Assembly (NCBI RefSeq): GCF_001194135.2 | Contig: NC_068990.1 | Coordinates: forward strand, 88,774,286 to 88,838,285 | From: Octopus bimaculoides | Taxonomy: Eukaryota | Reading direction: 5' to 3' | Length of the DNA stretch: 64,000 bases | Shown: piece by piece, positions 58,106 through 64,000 of the stretch | Position numbering within the stretch: position 1 is the first letter of the stretch | Layout: each line of letters opens with the position of its first letter | Translations under genes and position numbers: made by a program | Notes under the pieces: generated by a model | Databases searched by the model: none | Seen by the model: only the letters and a program-made list of their open reading frames with translations | What the model was told of the DNA's origin: nothing

Positions 58106-60844
58106 GTACATACATGCAAAATGACTTGGACTATAAACTGCTCAACTATATATTTAGAAGCAAGATGGCTGAAAGAATGAGTGAGTGAGATTGTGGTTTA
58201 CCTTCAAATAGAGCATGAATTTAAATCCACTTCAAGAATGCTTTATTCTACATTACCTCAGTTCAGAGTAAATCTTAATGCCATGTTACTCTCTTGGAAC
58301 TGAGGTAAGATTTGTTTTTAATTAATAAATGAAATAGGTATGTCAGCAACTGGTAACTAGTTAAATGGGATGTAGTGGAGTTGATTATTTCTTTTTGTTT
58401 TGTTTTTTTATCAAGCAATCTTTCTAGCTGTTGTGTTGACAATAGAAGGAGCATGAATTTTTTGTCAAGAATGATGAGTTACATTTAATTGATAGATTCT
58501 GTAGTATAAGTGAAAAATCAAGGGAAATGCAATAATAAAACTTTGTTGTGTGGCTTTTTATTCCCTTTCTAGACCCATTGTCATCATCAGTGTAGAAACA
58601 TGTTTTCCTTTGCTAGCATTAGTGTGGCATCTCACCATTGTTATTGATCTAGTGTTACCTCATCTGTGAGGCCCAATATTCAGAAATCTGACCTTACTAC
58701 TTCTTCCCATTTTTCTGTCTTTGCAAACCACAATTATCTCTCCCAGTTATCATACCCATTTTGATAGCATTTTTGTAGGGTTTAGTTTTGTTTCACTCCA
58801 AGTTCATCCTGCAGAGGTAACTTTGCCTATTATCTTCCAGAGGCTGATTGCATAAATACTAGTAATATAATGTGGTGATTTTAATTGACATAGTATTCAT
58901 TTTTCCTTTAAAAACAAGTCAATATTTTTAAAACTGTCATATCATCTTTAGATTTACTTGTGTACATTTCTAACAATATGCATTTGATAACTCTATTCTA
59001 AGCTGTTATTTTAACAGTTGTGCAAAGATAGAAAAATGATTTTGTTATCTGATGGGATATGAAAAGTTATTGAAAGCGAAAAGTGTCAAGTGGCTCAATG
59101 AAGCACATAAATTATAATTGATACGGTGATGATGATAACCCTTTCATTACTCTATGTTAAAAAGAGGCTATTTTAAAACAATATTAAGAATAACAATGGG
59201 ATATTTACTGATGGATGACTATACTGAGAGTAGTCAAATTTATTATTACGATCCAAGTTCACTTGGACTTCACAATTATCAATTCATTTTTTCCCCACTG
59301 ATCTTTGAAAAAGATATTGCAAATGAAAGATTTTTAACTAACCTTATTATTAGTATATTGAAAGATTTAAGGAGATAAATAACCCAAAGGAAAATTAGTC
59401 AGATTTGAAGAGGAAGAGATAGATAGAAAAAGAGAATTGTGGTAGTAAAAAAAGAGTGGTCATTGGAGAAAGAAATAATGAGAGAGAGAGAAAAGGAGAG
59501 TGAGAGGGGTCTGTGTGATGGTGGTGGCAGAGAAAAAAACAGGACAAAGAAGAAATGGTCTGTTAAGCAGATTTGTGGCAATGTGGGAAAACATTAAATG
59601 TTTTCCCACATTGCCACAAATCTTTGATGCCAAAGCCTTAGATGTTCTCTTTGTAATAAATTCAAAGTTCCAAAGGGAATTTTACCAACTTAGGCATAAT
59701 TAGTGCATGAGAGAGAGAGAGAGGGAGAGAGAGAGAGAGAGGGAAAGAGAGAGAGAGGGAGAGGGAGAGAGAGGTGTAGAGTAGAAGATAGATTGTGAGT
59801 AGAAGGATTATGTTATTCAGTATTTGTTAGTTACAATCAACTTTTCATGTTTGATAATCCTCAGTTCTAAACTACCAGCTGAACTTGATGAAATACATCA
59901 ATAAGACCTGTGTGTTTTCTTAGCATTATCTTTCTCTCACTGAAAAACCCTGTGGTGTCCCACTTTCTGTTCTTTGCACTTGCAGTGAACCACATCATCT
60001 TTGTACTAAGGCTTTATCTGCTTTTGGTGAAGCAATGAACGAAACATTTTACTGTATTTACTGACATCTTGTGTTTGCTACTAGGGGCTGTCTTACTCAG
60101 AGATGCAGTGAATTGTCTGCACCAGATTTGAAATCATAACCTATGGGTAGGCTATCTATTACCAAATCCACACAGTCAATTTTTTTTTTTTTTAATATTG
60201 ACTAAAATAGTATTAACACTTGATTAAAGAGCATATAAATCCACTTGCAGTTATACAACTGTAAATTACATAATAATAATAATAATAATAATATAACAAA
60301 TAAATAAGTAAGATGCCTGGGTATTTAGTTTCTTTTACATTTGATTTCGAATCTCACAGGAATAAACTTTGTTCCGCTTCTCAGGCAGTGCTGTTGTGGC
60401 AGCTCACAAAATCTTTGACTGTAACTCCTGTATTTGTACTAATAATATATTTCTTATATTAATTGGAAGACCACAACATACATATACAGTTCAAATCATC
60501 ATGTTACTTTTTAGTACTTTAACTTTTGATAATGTTTCATTTTAAAAGCTCTGCAATTGGGTCTTTTGTAGATATTATTTATTGAAGAAGTTGCTTATGA
60601 TTAAGCTTCGGATAAAACTTTAAAAAATTAAAAAGAACTTGTAAGTAATAAGGTGTGATTTTGAGGGGGAGTTGGTTGCTAATTCTAACCTGTCAATGAC
60701 TACTTAGTTCTGTAATTGGCTCCATTTGTTTTTGGATTTGAGTATTTATCCCCAAAATATGTAATTTTGTTATTCCATTTCATTGTTGGCATTTGCTGCC
60801 TTTGTAAAAAAAAATGTATTAACGTCATGATCTTAATAATCCTT

Positions 60845-61574
60845 TCTACTATAGGCAAAGCTTGAAATTTTCGGGGAGGAGGTTTAAGTTGATTACATTG
60901 GCTCCACTACTTGACTGGTACTTATTTAATTGATGCCAATAGGATGAAAGGCAAAGTTGACCTTGGTGGCATTTGAACTAAGAATGTAAAGCTGGAAGAA
61001 ATGTCATCCAGCATGTTAATGATTATGCCAGCTCACTGCCTTGATGATGATGACGATGATGACAATTTCAAATTTTGGTGCAAGGCCGGTAATTTTGAAG
61101 AAGTGAGTAAGTTGGTTACATCAGCCCCTGTGCTCAACTGGTTCTTATTTTATCAACCCTGAAAGGATGAAAAGTCAATCTCAGCAGAATTTGGACTCAA
61201 AGTGTAAAGACCAATGAAATGCCACCAAGCATTTTGCCCATTGTAACAATTCTGCCAGCTTGCTGTAATAATAATAATAATTATAATTAATAACTCTTTC
61301 TGCTATAGGCATAAGGCTTGAAATTTTTGTGCAGGGAGCTAGTTGATTAGGCTAGTCTATTAGTGCTCAACTGGTAATTATTTTATTGACTCCCAAAGGC
61401 AGTTGACCTTGGCAGCATTTGAACTCAGAACATAAAGCCAAAAGAAATAACTACCTGTCATTTACGAGTGTTAAATAAACAGTTATACACGGGTTGATAT
61501 AATCGACTTATCCCCTCCCCACAAATTTCAGGCCTTGTACCTTTAGTAGAAAGGATTATTATTAATCATTATTA

Positions 61575-61617
<43 letters not shown>

Positions 61618-61830
61618 GGCAGCATGCTGGCTGAACTGTTAGCATGTCAAGGCAAAATGCTTAGCAACATTTCATCCCACCTTTCAAACTGTTCAAATTC
61701 TGCCATGGTTGACTTTACCTTTCACCCTTTTGGGGTCAGTAAAATAAATATCAGCTGAGCTCTGGGGTTGATTTAATCAACTTGCCCCATTTTCCAAAAT
61801 TGCTGGCCTTGTGCCAAAATTTGAAATTAT
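60845..61830. mobile_element. Cluster of ~5 SINE copies in both orientations
   Basis: Minus-strand copies at ~60845-61022, 61065-61266 and 61293-61450. Plus-strand copies at ~61485-61555 and 61617-61828. Separated by (AAT)n/(ATT)n tracts. Confidence 0.65.
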
Positions 61831-64000
61831 TCTTTTCATTCTTTGAACTCTGGTTTTGTTGTAACTCCTGGGGTCTTGCATGCATAGTGGGCTTGCTATC
61901 TGCAGCTTACAGTACCATGCTTTCTGTTCTCTTCAACTATCTAATATTTTCCTGATGATTCTGGATGTGTTAAGGAGATAAACTTTTTTTCAACAGCTCT
62001 ATTGAGCACCCTATTCCCATTTCCTTTATATTCTTCTTAATATCTTCTGATACTGTTCTCAAGGCCCCAACAATAACTGACACTATCTTCACTTCCTTCA
62101 GTTTCCACAATTGGGTTCTCTCATATTTAAGAGGATTGTATATATTGTCTTGCCTTTCTTCTTAACTATTTTTGGGTCAAAGGGGCATGCAGCACCAACT
62201 GTAGAGCACATGTGGTTCACCTTGCCCACCACCACTTGTGCTCAAGCTCCCAGTCTGTTTGAATTGGGAAATCTCACAGGATTTGGCACAATGAAGACAA
62301 TTGCCCATTTCCAATTTGTTGCCAAAGCTTGTGTTTACACTGTAAATAGTGTTCTCAATATCCTTGTTAAGTGCTCCTTTCTTTAACAGGTGGGACACCT
62401 GTTCTCCAGCAACTTCTGTTGTGGCTACTGTACTTCTTGTTTTGTTTTTTCCATTTTTTCTACTTTCAATTATTATTAAAGGTGATGGAGGAAATATCGT
62501 GATATTTACTTACAGTGTTTCCTTTACATTATGACTTCAGATTTTGCCAGTTCATCTTTGCCTTTCATCCTTTCGAGGTGGGTTGAAGTTTTTGATTGAT
62601 TTACATATCTGGCAAAGACTGTTAACTGTTTATTTGACTGTAACCTCTTTCCTCAAACATTTGTGACCTTGTGCCTTTGTTAGAAATCCTTATTGCAAAT
62701 TGCAGAATTGCTGGGAATAGGAGATGAAATGCCTTGCAGTATTTATGTCCCTTTACATTCTGAGTTCAAATCCTGCAGGAGTCAACTTCACATTTATTTT
62801 TTTAGGGGACTTATACAATACTAGTCAAATACTGAGATCTTTTGAATTACTTATATTCCATCTCACCTCAAGGTTCTGTTTATATGTGTATATTAGCATA
62901 CTTGTAGAAGTAAAAATCAAGTGACATTCCTTGTGGTAATAAAGATCAAGTGACATTCCTCCTCTTGGAATATTATATATTTTGATTGTTTTTAATTTCA
63001 TTTTAACACCACCCCCACTTTTCCTAACCCTGTAATATCCCCCTACCCATTGTCCTTGTAGCAGTAATAAAAATTATTATTTCTGCTTTAAAAGGATCAA
63101 TTGATCTTTTCTCCCTATTCAAATCCCTTCTCTCATCTCTCGTCTTTTTCCTACCTTTGTAGTTTTCTCATCCTAAAATTAAAAACACAACAACAAAAAC
63201 CAAAACACATCAATTGAAACTATCACACACACACATATGCACTCTCTATCCCTCTCTTTCTCCTGTTTCTTTCTCCTCCTCTTTCAAATTTCCTTCCCCA
63301 CTCTTTCTCTATTTGTCATCCTTTTATAGTCCCCTCACCACCAATCTGTATATGTTTTATTGCTGGTTTTCATGTGTTCTCAACTATCTATTGATGCTGC
63401 CCCTTGCAGCCTTATAGCTCCATGGCAAGCCTATAATCAAATCATTCAGCCTTCTTAGATACAATTAAAAAATCAAAGCTCCCTACTCTACTCTCTGTTG
63501 CCCACTCATGAAATCCCTAACTTTTATTACAGTACTGTGGTATTTGTTTAGTTCATCCTTTATCAACAGATGATCAATGAAACTTACCTGAATGACCTCA
63601 AATAATATTTTTTGTTATCTTTAACTGATTTCTGGCAATTTTTCTAACACTGCATATATATTTGAATGAATTTTCAAAATAATCAAGTTTTTTTATCTCT
63701 TGCATTTAAAGGATTGCTTTCATACTATTTTGATCAGTTTGGTCTTCAATCATTACCAAGTGTCATATAATCCTGAATGTAACTAAATGAATTAGAAACT
63801 ATGGATATTGACACCTGAATAATGAACATTTTTTAGGTTATTTATATTCACCTTTCAGTGAAGGTTACACATTGATCTTGGGTTAATAGCAAGCATTATA
63901 TATACTACTATTTCAATTTTTTTTTTAATATTCTACTATGATTCTCTATCAGTTACAGGAATTTAATTCCTTAGTGGTATATATTTTCATTTCTTGCATC

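Noticed and set aside
33009-58111. Poly-YI, CV, ER, HT and poly-L ORFs in the track
   Set aside because: They are translations of (TA)n, (TG)n, (GA)n, (CA)n and (CTA/TTG)n microsatellites.
59154-59378. 74-aa ORF MLKRGYFKTIL...
   Set aside because: No recognisable motif or splice context; consistent with a chance ORF in AT-rich intron.

Overview
This is AT-rich, microsatellite- and transposon-laden eukaryotic genomic DNA with assembly gaps. The SINE/RTE repeat families resemble those of octopod cephalopods (inference). No prokaryotic genes, CRISPR arrays, rRNA or tRNA genes were found. (1) Bases 1-~40.6 kb, + strand, hold the 3' part of one large intron-rich gene; its start lies upstream of the window. 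I resolved 22 symmetric phase-1/phase-1 single-domain exons: 7 PAN/Apple type A, 7 PAN/Apple type B and 8 compact Sushi/CCP. Their order is A-B-S-S-A-B-S-A-B-S | A-B-S-S-A-B-S-A-B-S | A-B. They are followed by a three-exon GON domain and a short terminal exon, giving about 1,750 visible codons. The array contains a 10-exon higher-order duplication, and nearly any exon skipping keeps the frame. There are candidate alternative soluble and membrane C-termini. (2) Exon 1 of a CACHD1 ortholog lies at 47,464-48,045 (+). It has a signal peptide and a long S/P/T/K-rich insertion absent from human CACHD1, and its intron 1 fills most or all of the remaining window. (3) The introns carry Tx1/L1, RTE, CR1, Hero and Penelope retroelement fragments, three mariner pieces, many SINEs, two foldback elements, a degenerate Penelope-type hammerhead ribozyme and paralogous intronic hairpins. 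All exon calls and domain names come from manual splice-site, phase and motif reading; no database search was run.
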